Positions 1-13,726 of a stretch of DNA of 64,000 nucleotides are shown here, one piece after another (within the stretch, counting starts at the first letter, position 1; each line of letters starts with the position of its first letter). The notes beneath the pieces are model-generated. The model saw only the letters and a program-made list of their open reading frames with translations, was not told the DNA's origin and searched no databases. The stretch comes from Octopus vulgaris (Eukaryota). The translations under genes and the position numbers were made by a program. The DNA is taken from assembly GCA_951406725.2 (NCBI GenBank), contig OX597836.1, forward strand, positions 24,552,001 through 24,616,000, read 5' to 3'.

Positions 1-33
1 GCATCAATTCAACTGTTTTAATTTCTGGGGCAG
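1..33 (+). CDS. SORD: Sorbitol dehydrogenase internal exon (5' part outside window), ...INSTVLISGA(G)
   Basis: Start of Rossmann GAGPIG motif; GT donor at 34, phase 1, joins in frame to the exon at 1470. Confidence 0.85.
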
Positions 34-1135
34 GTGTGTATATTATTTATGCGTGTATATGTACTAATATATTGCTTATGTGAGTATACTACTGACATGC
101 ACCAGTATAGATTTGTTTCCACTTGAAATAAGACCAGTTTATACAGGGCTCATATTACAGCTGATTATCACCCCTAGTATATTACAGCTATTTTAACAGT
201 CCTCGCAAAATGGAAGATAAAATTGATTCCAATGCTCTACTTTTCTGCTCAGCTTGCTGCTCCCCATTTTCTCCATACTAAAATTAATATTTACACCCCT
301 AATAATACTTGTTAGGCCCTTTATTCTAGTAACTATTTAAAACTATTAACTTTTGTCTTTTGCTAAACTAACTTTCACCTCACATCATAGAGTGTAATCG
401 ACTCTGTGTAGGGAAACATTCTTTCTAACAATACTTTATTGAGAGTATAATATAATTTCAGATATAAGCACAAGGCCTGGAATTTGTAAGAAGTGGATCA
501 GTTGAGTACATTGACTTTAGTTCATGGCTGATACGTTATTTTATTGACCCTGGAGGGATGAAAGGTAGACTTCACCTCAGCAGGATTTGAACTCAGAAGA
601 CATGCCACAAGGCATTTTGTCCAAAACTCTAACAATTCTGCCAATCCCCCACCACCTTTACTAAAAGGGCTTAATATTGAGGACTGACCATTGATCTTTT
701 ATGTTTTTATTTGTTTAGAAGCAGTTTAAGAACAAATTGCTAAAAGACGAAAGTATGGGAGATAATTCCTGCATTCCCATCTTATGAGGAATCAGTAACA
801 AGTTTTTATTATCACTGTTAATATTTTTTAATTGTGTATATAAATATACACAATTCTATGTTTGTTGGAGAGAGAGATAAGGGGGACTGTTTAAAAATTA
901 AATCTCAGGTCTTATCTACATAATAACTGACAGTGAGCTGGTTTAAAGCATTTTGAATACTGAGAACATTTTAAACAGATTGTCTAACTGTATTGCCTTA
1001 TGGCCTGTTATGTCTGTTGTATTCCATGGGATCTGAGAGAATGTGATAATTGATGTGTGTTGAAAAGTGGGTGCATGAATACATTTTCATATTTATGTGA
1101 ACTGTGTAAAACTATACATTGATGTATAGCTTTAG

Positions 1136-1354
1136 CCCTTTAGTATTTAAACCGGCCATATCCCGCCAAAATAGCTAATCTGTTTTATGTTCAAACTGAC
1201 CAGATCCAGCCTCTCACACCTACCCTACAATGTTATTCTGCATTAAGTAATTACACCATCAACATCTTGAAGATATGAGATAATGCATGATTAATTCGAA
1301 TCAATGGGAATCAATAGGCATTATGTTTGATTGAATAATCTGAACACTAAAGGG
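1136..1354. mobile_element. piggyBac-type MITE (older family)
   Basis: TIR CCCTTTAGT/ACTAAAGGG with decayed TTAA sites. Confidence 0.65.
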
Positions 1355-1469
1355 TCAAACCAAACAAATTTAAATCTCCCCCATCCCACCACCATCAAAT
1401 GCCATCCTGTTTACATACATGGCTGTTTATCTCTGTAGTTTTTAACATAAACTTGTTGTCTATTTTCAG

Positions 1470-1535
1470 GTCCCATTGGACTTTGTTGTTTTCTCACAGC
1501 AAAAGCAATGGGAGCAGCTAAAGTGTGCATGACAG
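1470..1535 (+). CDS. SORD: Sorbitol dehydrogenase exon (G)PIGLCCFLTAKAMGAAKVCMT(D)
   Basis: ttttcag acceptor, gtaag donor, 66 nt; matches SORD GPIG..AKAMGA. Confidence 0.95.
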
Positions 1536-1662
1536 GTAAGTTGCAAAGGAAATAATGCTCGACTCTCATTGTAAATATCAACCCAATTGAAATGCATTTC
1601 TGAAATAGTTCAAAGCTCAGCACCAAATTCTTCCTGGTTTTGTAATTCCTATTGACTATGCT

Positions 1663-2130
1663 CATCATCATCATCATCATCATCATCGTTTAGCGTCCGC
1701 TTTCCATGCTAGCACGGGTTGGACGGTTCAACTGGGGATCTGGGAAGCCAGAAGGCTGCACCAGGCCCAGTCTGATCTGGCAATGTTTCTACGGTTGGAT
1801 GCCCTTCCTAATGCCAACCACTCCGTGAGTGTAGTGGGTGCTTTTTACGTGCCACCGGCACAGGTGCCAGACGAGGCTGGTAAATGGCCACGATCGGATG
1901 GTGCTTTTTACGTGCCACCGGCACGGGGGCCAGGTGAGGTTGGCAACGGCCACAATCGGATGGTGCTTTTTACATGCCACCGGCACGAGGCCAGTCGGGG
2001 CGGCGCTGGCAACGGCCACATTCGGATGGTTCTCTCACGTACCACCAGCACTGGTATCACAGCTGCAATTTCCATTGATGTTGATCGATTTCGATTTTCA
2101 CTTGCCTCAACAGGTCTTCACAAGTAGAGT
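1663..2130 (-). mobile_element. 3'UTR-only copy of the RTE LINE
   Basis: Near-identical to 14572-15190; (CAT)n tail on +. Confidence 0.9.
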
Positions 2131-2552
2131 TGGGCACCAAGTTGGCTAGTGCAACTATCACATTTCTTTGTGTGTTACTGAAGTAAACTGTTATGGTTTT
2201 GTCTTATACGTTCATTATTATACATTTACATAAACATGTGAAAGTCTGGTCAGTGGGACCAACAACCATTTTTCTGTCAGCATAAATCAACAAATACACA
2301 TTTGCCTGTGTTAATGCAATGCAACCATAGCCACGTCAAACTGGTGGACCTGTTGTATTCTCATGTTTTGCAAACAACTTATATATGCAAGTGCTACCAG
2401 TCCAAAGCTCTGCATACTGGAAGCCAGCAAGTGTATAGGGTCATCAGGAAAGATGAATACCTCTCGACAGCATCATTGTACACCGCCCTCACCTCACTGA
2501 TATGAGGCCCCACTTGCTAGATCAACTGGTTATCAAATAAGGCTCAATATTA

Positions 2553-2930
2553 ATAATAATAATAATGAAATTATTGTATACAGTGCTCAGGTGCACCACA
2601 ACTTGTCAAAAGTGTGTATAAAGCATATGTAGTAATGTACAAATGTCTGGAAAGCGAACTACGTATGAGTCAGATACAGGCTTGTGTGTGTATGGAGGGG
2701 AGAAAATCAGGTGTAGTGTTGGCGAATCTCAGAAAGCATGGAAGTTTTGAAGGATGCAGTGCTCCGACAACTAACAACTGATGCCAGCACTTTGTTCCAT
2801 GCTTCAGCAACTCTCAGCTTGAAAAAATGTTTCCAAAAGTCATGGGAGCTGTGCTGTTTTCTGACTTTGTAAATATGTCCACGGGTGTTAGACAGGTGGA
2901 GTTTAAAAAGGTGCTCAGAGTTATTGTTTG
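2553..2930 (-). mobile_element. CR1-clade LINE 3' end
   Basis: Minus-strand translation TRGH.YK...F.LRVAEAWNK..SVV....ASFK typical of CR1 ORF2 C-terminus; (ATT)n tail. Confidence 0.8.
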
Positions 2931-3131
2931 TATTCTTCTAGCCATTGCTCATCGTCTCTTTTTAACCAAATCCAGTGGCTAACCTTTTCCACTGTAGTTT
3001 GGATATCGGTCATGGTGGTATTTAACTGATAAGAAACACGATGAAAGAGCTACATACATCAAAAACATTAATGTATGTCAACACACACACACACACACAT
3101 AATTTCAATCTGTATCTTTGTTTCTTCACAG

Positions 3132-3307
3132 ATGTTGACAGCCAGCGCCTGGAATTTGCCAAAAAGGTAGGGGCTGACCATGTTCTCTCTGTGAGAGCAG
3201 GTACTTCCAAAGAACTTGCTTCTCAGATTGAGAACCTCTTGGGGAAAAGTCCTGATATTTCACTTGAATGCAGTGGGAACCCTGCTGGTTTAAAAACATC
3301 TATTTTG
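3132..3307 (+). CDS. SORD: Sorbitol dehydrogenase exon DVDSQRLEFAKKVGAD...LECSGNPAGLKTSIL
   Basis: cacag acceptor, gtagg donor, 176 nt, frame consistent with neighbours. Confidence 0.95.
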
Positions 3308-3946
3308 GTAGGTTACTATACTTCCCTCTCCCTCTCTCTCATTCATATATATATGTGTGTGTAATATATATATTCACTTTATCTCCTTTTCTTTTCTTCA
3401 ATAATATTTGCTTTATTTTTCTGACTGTATCCTCCATTCTGTGTCTCTCTTTTTATCATTTTTTTTCTGACATAATGAATCTAGGACTACATTATCTAAT
3501 ATGTACTTTACTTTATTTGAAGTTAAGGTGTTACTTGAGGGTGATTTGTCTGCTATTTCTAGTAAGTCAAGTCTCAAGTGATTCAAGAGAGAGCACCTTT
3601 GCCTTCCAATTTCAAACCAGCCACTGACAAACTCTCTAAAGATTCATCAAAATGCTTGAAGTGTCATTACTAAAACAATAAATTAATACAAATTATAAAT
3701 AAATAATTTTTTTTTTTCTCAGCAGAGACATCAATGCCACAAGTTGTGATGTTTTTGCCAATTTGTCCCTAATGCTAATGAGGTTCTTTGTTCTTAATGT
3801 AAATTCTCTCTTGATGCAAAATAGTAAAAATGTTCATAATATTTATCAGATGATCTTGACTGATTGATCAGAATTCTTTCAATCCATGGTTTGCTTTTTA
3901 AATATTGATCTGTGGACGTCCGTCTTTTATTGTTGTTTCTTGCCAG

Positions 3947-4068
3947 GCAACAGCCAGTGGCGGATGTGTTGTCATGGTTGGCATGCAACCTGATGAAGTT
4001 ACAGTTCCTTTGTTGAATGCTGCAGTCCGTGAAGTAGACATAAGGGGCATTTTCAGATATGCAAACTG
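3947..4068 (+). CDS. SORD: Sorbitol dehydrogenase exon ATASGGCVVMVGMQPDEVTVPLLNAAVREVDIRGIFRYAN(C)
   Basis: tgccag acceptor, gtaag donor; REVDIRGIFRY is characteristic of SORD. Confidence 0.96.
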
Positions 4069-4392
4069 GTAAGTATTGGCACTGCTGAAGAGGAAAGGCA
4101 AATGAAAGAATGATGGTTTATAGAGAGGGAGGAAAGAGAGTGTGATGTATCTGAGGAATTTGAGAAGTGCTTTTAGCAAATAATCTTCTGTCAGAAGGTA
4201 TTTAGTTAAAATATGTAGAACTATAACATGAGAGTTTCCCTGAGGACCAGATCTAGAATGACAGACAATATAGCTTCCAGTATTTCTTTATTGTCCCTGT
4301 ATGTTCTGAGTTGAGATCAAGTCCTCTTGCTGTTGACTTCACCTTTTATCTTCCCAGGATTGACAAAATAAATATCACTCATATATTAAACT

Positions 4393-4691
4393 GGAGGCGC
4401 AATGGCCCAGTGGTTAGGCAGCGGACTCGTGGTCGGAGGATCGCGGTTTTGATTCCCAGACCAGGCCTTGTGAGTGTTTATTGAGCGAAAACACCTAAAG
4501 CTCCATGAGGCTCCGGCAGGGGATGGTGGCGATCCCTGCTGTACTCTTTCGCCACACCTTTCTCTCACTCTTTCTTCTGTTGGCCTGCTCGCTTAGCCAG
4601 CGGGGTGGCGTCATTTGAAGGCTAAAACAATGCAAAGCGCATTGTGACCAACGATGTGTAGAAACATCTGATAGTCTGGTCGGTCACGGTG
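4393..4691 (+). mobile_element. tRNA-derived SINE (OR-like head), tail type 1
   Basis: A box TGGCCCAGTGG, degenerate B box; TSD ATATTAAACT; diverged relative on - at ~19140-19378. Confidence 0.85.
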
Positions 4692-5108
4692 ATATTAAAC
4701 TAAATATCATTTCTTGTCTTCTTCTCCACCATTTGTGATCTTATGTCTATATTAGAACTTCTAATTCAAAGTTATCAGTGGTATGATGTTACAGAAGCAG
4801 TAAAACACCAAACCAAATACCTTGAGATGTGAAAGTTACCTTCTGAGTTCAAATCCTGCTAGAGTAAACTTTGTACTTTATCTTCCTGGGTTTCTAATAT
4901 ATGACTGGAATCATTAAAATCAACTCCTCCATAAATTATGTCCTTTTAAATTATGGTTTCAAATCCCACCAAGGTTCACTTTACGTTCCATCCTTCTGGG
5001 TTCTACCTGTCTAATACCAGTGTCAATAATAATCACCTGTATAATTAAATGTGTGACTTTCTCCTTTTATTAAACATTGTTGTTATTGCAGCCGTAACAT
5101 TGATCGTC

Positions 5109-5545
5109 TAATAATAATAATGAAATCATTGTATACAGTGCTCAGGTGCACCACAACTTGTCAGAAAGTGCGTATAAAGTTTATGCAGTAATGTACAAAT
5201 GTCTGGAAAGCGAACAATGTATGAGTCAGATACATGCTTGTGTGTGTATGGAGGGGAGAAAATCAGGTGTAGTGTTGGCGAACCTCAGAAAGCATGGAGG
5301 TTTTGAAGGATGCAGTGCTCCGACAGCTAACAACTGATGCTGGCAGTTTGTTCCATGCTTCAGCAACTCTCAGCATGAAAAAAATGTTTCCTAAAGTCAT
5401 GGGAGCTGTGCTGTTTTCTGACTTTGAAAATATGTCCACGGGTGTTAGACGGGTGGAGTTTGAAAAAATGCTCAAGAGTTATTGTTCGTAAGATGGTTGA
5501 TAATTTTATGGGTGTCTGCCAAGTCAGCTGCCAGACGTTGGAGTT
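5109..5545 (-). mobile_element. CR1-clade LINE 3' end (same family as 2553-2930; further pieces at 19441-19648 and, on +, 22437-22693)
   Basis: Near-identical sequence; LRVAEAWNKLPASVV. Confidence 0.8.
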
Positions 5546-5587
5546 TCAATGTGTCTTTTTAAACAGACTTTTTTTCTTTTTTTGCAG

Positions 5588-5741
5588 TTACCCAATTGCC
5601 TTGTCAATGATAGCTTCTGGCCAAGTGAATGTCAAACCTTTAATTACACATAGATACAAACTGGAAGAGAGTCAGAAAGCTTTTGAACATGCTCGCACTA
5701 TGAAAGATGGTGCAGTGAAGATTATGATTAAATGCAGTTAG
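5588..5741 (+). CDS. SORD: Sorbitol dehydrogenase last coding exon YPIALSMIASGQVNVKPLITHRYKLEESQKAFEHARTMKDGAVKIMIKCS*
   Basis: Polypyrimidine tract + cag acceptor; VKPLITHR and KIMIKC C-terminal motifs; TAG stop. Confidence 0.96.
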
Positions 5742-6095
5742 GGACAGTTCTTTTACTGATTTATTTTTGTTTGGGTTGTGTTTTTTTTAATCCCTTTAAT
5801 TTTATAAAACCAAGTATTATTGTATTATTTCTCCATCTTTCTAACCAACTAACTTGAAACAATTTCCACTGAATAGATTTTAAACCAATTACCTTTTATT
5901 TCCTTGTATTAGATGAAATGGTAATGGCATGGTTGTCTGTCTTCATTCTCATAACAAGGGATTTTAGAAAAAGAAAGATATAAGAAAATTCCCACTTTAT
6001 TTGAGGAGAGATTTATGATAATTTTTATCATATACATAATATGATTATATAAATCTATACATACATATATACATACAACATATATATGTGTGTAC

Positions 6096-6136
<41 letters not shown>

Positions 6137-8402
6137 TTAATTTGGGTGAAATTTGTTATGTACCTATTTATTTAGAAAATTTTTTGTTGAGTTTTTTTTT
6201 CTTTGTTCATAAAAAGTATGTTTTACTAACATTTTCTTACACAATGACGATGTGGTAGAAAGCTGAAGGAGTTCAATTCTCCGACACTGCCATATCTCTG
6301 AGTCAATTACAAATCACAGATGAAAATCAACTTTTGTTGGGGTTTTTTTCCTCCCTTTTATTACACAATCTTATTCTCCCCTTTCTTTATAAATTGTGTG
6401 GCATAGGGATTAAATAAGATATTGATTTATTAATTATATTAAAAAAATGTTTTAATTAGCCATTTAAATCGAAATTTGAAATGAAAATTTATTTTTTTAA
6501 ATCTTTTTAAAAGAAAAAGGACAAATGAAAAACAATGTTTTAAACATTTCCATAAATATTTTTGTTACAGTTCCTTGTTTATGTTTGTGTCTCAAAGGAG
6601 GTGAAAAAGTCAAATCACACCTGAGACTGTCATCTACTTTGAAAGACAGACTTACAATAAGACAAGAATATTTGAGATGGGTTGATGGGCAGGGAGGGTT
6701 ACATGGGGCAGAGGGGGATTGTTGCCATTTGTCTCATTTGAAGTGCTGGGTTAATCATGTTCTTGTTTTTGGAAAACTGTTATTCAAAGAAGGATACGCA
6801 ACTAATTAATTAAGTGATGATCAGAACTAAAACAAAAAAATTGAAATTATTAAAAAAAGCAACAACGGAAATGTATTTTTCAAGCTAAATATTTTTATCA
6901 TGAAGAACTGACATCTTATTGAAAGTATGGAATTAGGAATTAGGTTTTAGGCAAGCTGTAATTCTAGTGTGGACTGTCTGGCAAGTTGGGTTTCTATTCC
7001 CAATTGAATAAATTTCAGTTTGTTTGTGCAACTAATGTTCTTTGAAAAACACCCAAATCTCATTCCAGTCTCATCCTATGTAAAATTTGTAAGCTTTGTA
7101 CTCACCCAAAGCCCAATTTTTTTACTTACCTTAAAAATGCAATTTATCCAAAAAAAAATTTTATTTGGTTTTTTTTTTTAGCTTTTTAGAATTTTAATTT
7201 TTTAAATATTTTTTAGTTTCCCCCTTCCCTCATAACATTAGGGTTTTAGAACTTAGTCATTGTAAAAGCATAATAGCCACCACTTCCTCTTGGTTTGGGT
7301 TTCATTTTGAGTGTTTCTTTCTGTTTTGTTTATAATGTGTTTAGAATATTAAAAAACCCAAAACTTTCAGTCAGTTCTTCCAAAAAGAAAAATGTCCAAG
7401 AAATATTGGTTGTTTTCGAATTAAAATTCCTTCTTTATTTTGAGACTTGAAATGTGAATAAACATGGCAACACTTGATCAAATGTTTTTATTTTATTTAA
7501 CTTTTTTTTTTTGATTTTTAAAAAATTTCTATTATTGTTGTTTGTGTTATTGTTACCGTTCGATCAGTAAGCAGAGAGAATTGGTTGCATGTCAGAGGAT
7601 ATCCCTTGCAGTGTTTTGATTTTGCTGAAGGTGGCAAGCTGGCCAAATCCTTACCATCCTGGGCAGAATCCTTAGTGGTGTGTCGTCTATCCTTACGTTC
7701 TGAGTTCAAATTTAGCCCAGGCCGACTTTGCCTTTCATCCTTTTGGGGTCAATAAAATAAGTACCAGTTGAGCACTGGGGTTAATGTAAATGACTAGCTC
7801 TCTCCCTCAAACTTGCTGGCCTTGTGCCACAATTTGAAATCAGTATTCTGACCCTTTATATTCTGAGTTCAAATCTCACTGGGGTTAACATTGCCATTTG
7901 TTCTTCTGGGCTTCAATAAAATAAAGAACTAATTATATCAACTTACTCCTCCTCTCAAAATCATTGGGTTTTGCCTAAATCAAGAACATCATCATTTGAC
8001 GTCTGTTTTCCATGCTGGCATGGGTTGGACGATTTGACAGGAGCTGACCAGCTGCAGAGCTGTTTGGATTCCCTGTCTGTTTTGGCACGGTTTCTGTGGC
8101 TGGATTCCCTTCCTAACTCCAATATTATTATTGTTAGTATGGCAGTGGGATAACTGACCCATTAGTCTATTGGATTCAATGCATAGCTACATTTCTTTTG
8201 GTTCTCTATGTTCTGAGTTCAAATTCTGCCATGGCTAACTTTGTCTTTCATCCTTTTGAGATTAATAAAATAAGGTACCTGTCAAGTGCTGGGGTCAATG
8301 TAATCAATTAACCCTCCTTCACCTAAAATTACTGACCTTGTGCCAAAATTTGAAACCATCGTTATTTGCCCTTATGGGATAAACTCTCCCGGTATGTCTG
8401 TC

Positions 8403-8620
8403 AGAAACGTTAGCACGCCGGGCGAAATGCGTAGCCGTATTTCGTCTGCCGTTATGTTGTGAGTTCAAATTCCGCCGAGGTCGACTTGGCCTTTCATCCT
8501 TTCGGGGTCGATAAATTAAGTACCAGTTACGCACTGGGGGTCGATGTAATTGACTTAATACCTATGTCTGTCCTTGTTTGTCCCCTCTATATTTAGCCCC
8601 TTGTGGGTAATAAAGAAATA
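8403..8620 (+). mobile_element. SINE with GAGTTCAAATTC B box and CCTTTCATCCTTTCGGGGTCGATAAA core (MetaSINE-like)
   Basis: 12-bp TSD GGTATGTCTGTC; many decayed copies across 480-10000. Confidence 0.85.
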
Positions 8621-10011
8621 GGTATGTCTGTCTTGGAGCTGCCAGCAATTGAACCTGTTTGAGTTGTATCACAGAGTGATGAAACTGTCTGGCATGAATT
8701 TGTTTAGTGTTCTTGCATTGCTGGCTTGGAGAAATATTATCATGTACAAAAATGGCTCAGCTCTAAGCTGTGTCTTCTGTGAAGATCATCCCAAGATTTT
8801 CTTTTGACAAGGATGAGATGCTTTTCTGGGGTTTTTTTTTTTTTTTTGTCTTGTAATCATGGCAAAGGAATTTTGTGGTAGATGCAGTTTGGTTAACAGA
8901 GATTTTCCAGTCAGGCCAAGCTGTTATCAACTTCTCTAAATAACTGACCACTTGAAGAGGATGGTGGATGTAGAGAAGTCCATTAAATATTATGAAATGT
9001 GGGTTAGTGTGGCTAAATGGGGTTTCTATAGCTATGGAACTGTGGGCCTGCTGCATGAACTGGAAAAGTGTCAGCAATATCTCATGTTGTATGTAAGATG
9101 TCTCAAATAACCTTTTGATGCTGCCCCTCCCTACTCTGGGGGATAATTTTCGTGTTCTTATTTTGTTGCTGTTTATTGTTATTTGTTTATTAATTTGTGT
9201 TATTTTATTGATCTCACCTTTTTATCTTACGTAAACCTGCATCATCACCATTGCCTTTTGATGTTTTGTTTATTTTCCTTTTTCATTTTTACCTTTGCTT
9301 TCTCCCCCAACATCTTCAGTTCTTGGGAGCAATAAAACAAGGTGGACTGGTAGAATCAGTGAAGGATCAAATAAAAATGCCTGCAGTATTTGTTCCAGCT
9401 TGCTATATTCTGGGTTCAAATTTCAGCAAGGGCAATTTTTGCCTTTCATTCTTTCAGAGTCAATAAAATAAGGACCAGTTGAGCATGGTGGGGTTGATGT
9501 AATCAACTCCTCCCTCCAACCATAAAAAAAAAAAATTAGGCTTTGTGATTAAAGTTGAAAGGATTATTGTTGTCATGCATGGCTGTGATAAACAAAATCA
9601 GTAGAGCACCAAACAAACTGATGTCCAGCATTTCATGTCTGTCTTACATTCAAATCCCATCAGCACTGACTTGTCTTTCATTCTTCCAGGATTAATTAAA
9701 TACCAGTTAATTAGGTGGGTCCTTTCAATTAGTTATATTTCACCCACTTCCACAAAATCTGAATTTGTAACCATGTTAGACATTATTATTATTATTAGTA
9801 GTAGTAGTAGTAGTAGGTGTAGTATCATTATTACCAAATTGTTTGAGAATTGAAAAAAATGCCTTGTGATGTTTATTGTAGTTCCTTATGTTCTGAGTTC
9901 AAATCCTGCTGAAGTCACCTTTGTGTTCCATGCTTTTGAGATCAATAATATAAAGTAACATCACTTACTGGGGTTGGTGGCACTGACTAACACCCTCCTC
10001 TCACAATTATT

Positions 10012-10044
<33 letters not shown>

Positions 10045-10595
10045 TATATATATTATACATTTACTGTTTCTCACCTTGCTTCCAGTTTCCCTGGCCTCTT
10101 TTCTGCAGTTTCTGCTTAGGTTGGATGTGTTCTCTCCAACACAAAACCCTGCCATTTGTTCCATTCTTTTGTCATCTCTTCTGTGATGTTCAGTATTCTG
10201 AGAGATTCAGCTTTCACCACTTCTGCCCATGTTTTGCTCGGTTTTCCTCTTCCACATGGGTCACCTGACACTTCTCTACCCAGCTTTCATCACCCATACC
10301 CCTTACATACCCATAACAATGCACTCTTCCCTCTTTGTTCATCTGATTCCCCTTACACCCAGTTTTTCCTCTCAACTCATCTGTATTATCATTCATGCAT
10401 TCTAACATTACACATCCAATGGAGTAAGCATCTTTCATTTCTTTCCAGTTTTTACACGTCCTCTACATTCACTGCCCTCATCTTAAATACACTTAAATAT
10501 ATAAGAAACATCAGCAACAATGGTTCATTAAATATTTATTTTAAATACTGATTTTTCATATAGCAATTCGTTTTCTCTTAAATATTAGCCCAATC

Positions 10596-10670
10596 TCATA
10601 ATGTACAGTTAGCATCTAGTTTCAGTTCCAGAACTCGTATACATCGTTTCATCTCTTCGTGTTCATGATT
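10596..10670 (-). CDS. WDR41: WDR41 last coding exon NHEHEEMKRCIRVLELKLDANCTL*
   Basis: Strong polypyrimidine + ctcag acceptor, phase 0, TGA stop. Confidence 0.8.
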   Translation of the reverse strand, partial: NHEHEEMKRCIRVLELKLDANCTL

Positions 10671-11398
10671 CTGAGGAAAAGAGAAGAAAACAGAGTAAAA
10701 CCCAAAGTTATTAAATATATTTCGATATGAATGAGTGGAGCTTGCATAAGTGAGACTGACACATCTTTATAGAAATGATAACTTCTACTTGTTGGAGTCC
10801 ATCTGTGCCTGAGAGGAGATAGACTCAGACCTGTAAAAGTAGTAAATTACTCATCAATTTTAGTGATCATGATGCTTTGAAAGATAGAACTGTGCTACAC
10901 ACAGAAGAAGGGGCTAATTGAAAGCTAAATGCTTTGATCTGGCACTTGTGCCTGTGCACGTAAAAAAAGCATCCTTCGAATATTGGGCTACATGCTGTGC
11001 TTGAGAAGAGCTGTCAAGCAAAGTGAGATCACAGTCATGGCCGATGCCGGTGTTTCGTAACTGGTAGCCTTGCTGGTGGCATGTAAAAGGCACCCACTAC
11101 ATTTTTGGAGTGGTTGGCAATAGGAAAGGCATGCCAAATCAGATTGGAACCTAGTGCAGCTTACCAGTTTTCAGTCAAACCATCCAACCCATGCCAGCAT
11201 GGAAAATGGACATTAGATAATGATGCTGAGTGCTAGTGTTAGTGACACACTGCAAGAAATGGATCCATCTGTTGTCTATTAATTTTATTATTCACAGCTG
11301 TTTGATATATTAACTATTGAACAAACCAGTTAAGTCTCAAGTAATGCTTCCAGACCAGTAATGTTTGTCAGGATTGAAGTTGGTTAAAGATTACTAAC

Positions 11399-11467
11399 CT
11401 TCCATGCTATCATCACTCCATCACCTCCACATGTGATTAACCCATCAGCACCAAAGTCAACAAACAT
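11399..11467 (-). CDS. WDR41: WDR41 exon MFVDFGADGLITCGGDGVMIAWK
   Basis: Matches MFLYFEDHGLVTCSADHLIILWK; tttcag/gttagt sites. Confidence 0.92.
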
Positions 11468-11769
11468 CTGAAATATAAGACAACAATTCGTGGACATTTG
11501 ATAAAGTTAAGGGGCACTCGTCTTGGTAGAGCACAAAGGCAAACTATTTCAGGTCTTCAAATGTATGTCTAATGGGACCTTAAACAGAAATGAGCTCTCA
11601 AATGGGGGAGTGGGGGGGGGGGCAACAGGAGAGCTTTCAGTTGACATGCTAGAAATAGCAGGTAAATCTCTCAAAAGAAAGTATGTTCCCAGCCGTAAAA
11701 GCTTTCTTTGATTTGATTAGAAACTCATATTGCAACAATTGATACTACAATTATAAAGAAATCTCTTAC

Positions 11770-11851
11770 CTGGACTGCTCCAGAATGACCTAGACATTCC
11801 CCAAGAAGTTCAGGACTTTTCGTACTTTCACTGCTTCCAATTTGTAATATG
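11770..11851 (-). CDS. WDR41: WDR41 exon ILQIGSSESTKSPELLGECLGHSGAVQ
   Basis: Matches ELIGDLIGHSSSVE; ttccag/gtaag sites. Confidence 0.92.
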
Positions 11852-12749
11852 CTGGAAAATTAAAATAAGGACAAAAGGGTATAAACATTTAAAATATTAT
11901 TTGAATATTTTCTTTCCATTTTCTAGTGTTAGTTAAGTTGGGATCTTCTTATTTTTTTAGTGAAGGAATTGGAACAAATGGTCTGCTTTTTTCTTGGATA
12001 GAGTTTACTGCCAGATCAGCACTAAACTATTAGACTTATGATGAAAAATGCTTTAATTATAATCACCCTAGGACTATATCACCTCATGTGTCTTTCTTGT
12101 TTTAAGATCTAGCCTTTAATTTGAGGGAGATTTGACTGATATTTCTAGCAGGCCAAATGACCACATATAGTCACTCTTGCTGCTGAACCCACATTATCCT
12201 TGTAAAGGTTTCCTCTTGGCCCACAGTAAGATTTTAACATATGATTTTGTAATCAGTTATCCAATACCCTTAACCATTTACCTTATTTAAAACAAATTCA
12301 TTTTATACTAAAAATAACAGAAGGGGTAAAACTTGGGTAACTTACAATAATTCTTTTGTTAATTATGTGTAGACATACATCATCATCATTATCATTTAAT
12401 GCCCCTGTTTCCATGCTGGCATCGGTAGGATAGTTTGAAATAAAGTGATGAGCCAGAGGGTGGCTGCACCAAGCTCCAATGTCTACTTTGGCACAGTTTC
12501 TACAGGTGAATGCATTTCTTAATGGCAACCACTTCACATAGTTCTGATCACTAAGTACCCACAAGAGAAGATCCCTCAACTGAGTTAGGTAGAATATTGA
12601 GAAATATGTAAGTAGGATGGAAGAACAGGAGCTGGTGTCTTGCTGAAGAGTTGAATGCATGGCTTCCTCTTATTTCAGAGTGTGTGGATATATGTGCGAT
12701 TGAGTTTATGTCAATACATACAGATGTGTGTGTGTGTGTGTTGACAGTA

Positions 12750-13132
12750 TCTCTCTCTATATAAACGGCAGTTTGTCTGTGCGTGTTTCTGTGTGTCTGT
12801 TTGCTTGTACCCTCACCCTGACCACGGCTTTCAACCGATTCTGATGAAACTTGACACACACATAGCCCAATGTCATAATTCAAAACTAACGCAGCGAAAA
12901 TTTTGAAAAGTTCCCCCAGTTCTGAAAAAAATCGATAAATTCGACATGGGGTCGAGAATCAGAAACACAAACCGCAAACTGTCTAGGGGACGCAACTCCA
13001 CCTTTTTTAACTAAAAAATAAATTTACCATCATTTTTTTCCATTTTTTTGCTATTTTTTGGCTATAACTCTCTAAAAATGCTTTATAGTTATTTCCCTTA
13101 CAAACCTGAGCAACGCCAGGCGATACTGCTAG
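12750..13132 (+). mobile_element. Non-autonomous Helitron
   Basis: 5' TC, 3' hairpin CCTGAGCAACGCCAGG followed by CTAG, inserted between A and T without TSD. Confidence 0.8.
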
Positions 13133-13505
13133 TTATAACATAAAATCAAATAATTAACTACTGCAGCTAATCCACTCCAAATCAGAATGCTCCATATGCT
13201 GTGATTATGTCTAATTGTCAAAACATTCAGTGGACGAGAGGTAAATCTACCCTTATATAAAGTGGTGTATGCTTTCCCAACTGCAGGGAGGGGCAACAGT
13301 CAAGACTGGTCCATACAGTTGTGATAATCAGCTTGATTGTTGAGATGTTGATGACAAGGATTTTAAAAAGTGCTTTGCATGATGGGACAGTTTGGATGAT
13401 GTGAGGTGGACCTGGATGGGAGTGGCAGATGACCAGATAGTTCAATGAAACATAGATTTTTCTTCTAGCGATAGAATAGAGAGGATATAGCATGTCGGTG
13501 GTATA

Positions 13506-13726
13506 GAGCTGGCAGAGACGTTAGCACGCCGGGCGAAATGCGTAGCCGTATTTCGTCTGCCATTACGTTCTGAGTTCAAATTCCGCCAAGGTCGACTTTG
13601 CCTTTCATCCTTTCGGGGTCGATAAATTAAGTACCAGTTACGCACTGGGGTCGATGTAATCGACTTAATACCTATGTCTGTCCTTGTTTGTCCCTTCTAT
13701 GTTTAGCCCCTTGTGGGTAATAAATA
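13506..13726 (+). mobile_element. Same MetaSINE-like SINE family
   Basis: Near-identical to 8403-8620; imperfect TSD GGTG(G/A)TATA. Confidence 0.85.

Noticed and set aside
1783-2149. Recurrent ORFs such as MFLRLDALPNANH... and MLFTCHRH... (also at 14.6, 18.2, 21.0, 26.4 kb)
   Set aside because: Antisense translations of the RTE 3'UTR; frames are not conserved between copies
10596-10612. Possible CaaX motif at the WDR41 C-terminus
   Set aside because: Ends NCTL; Cys is at -3, not -4
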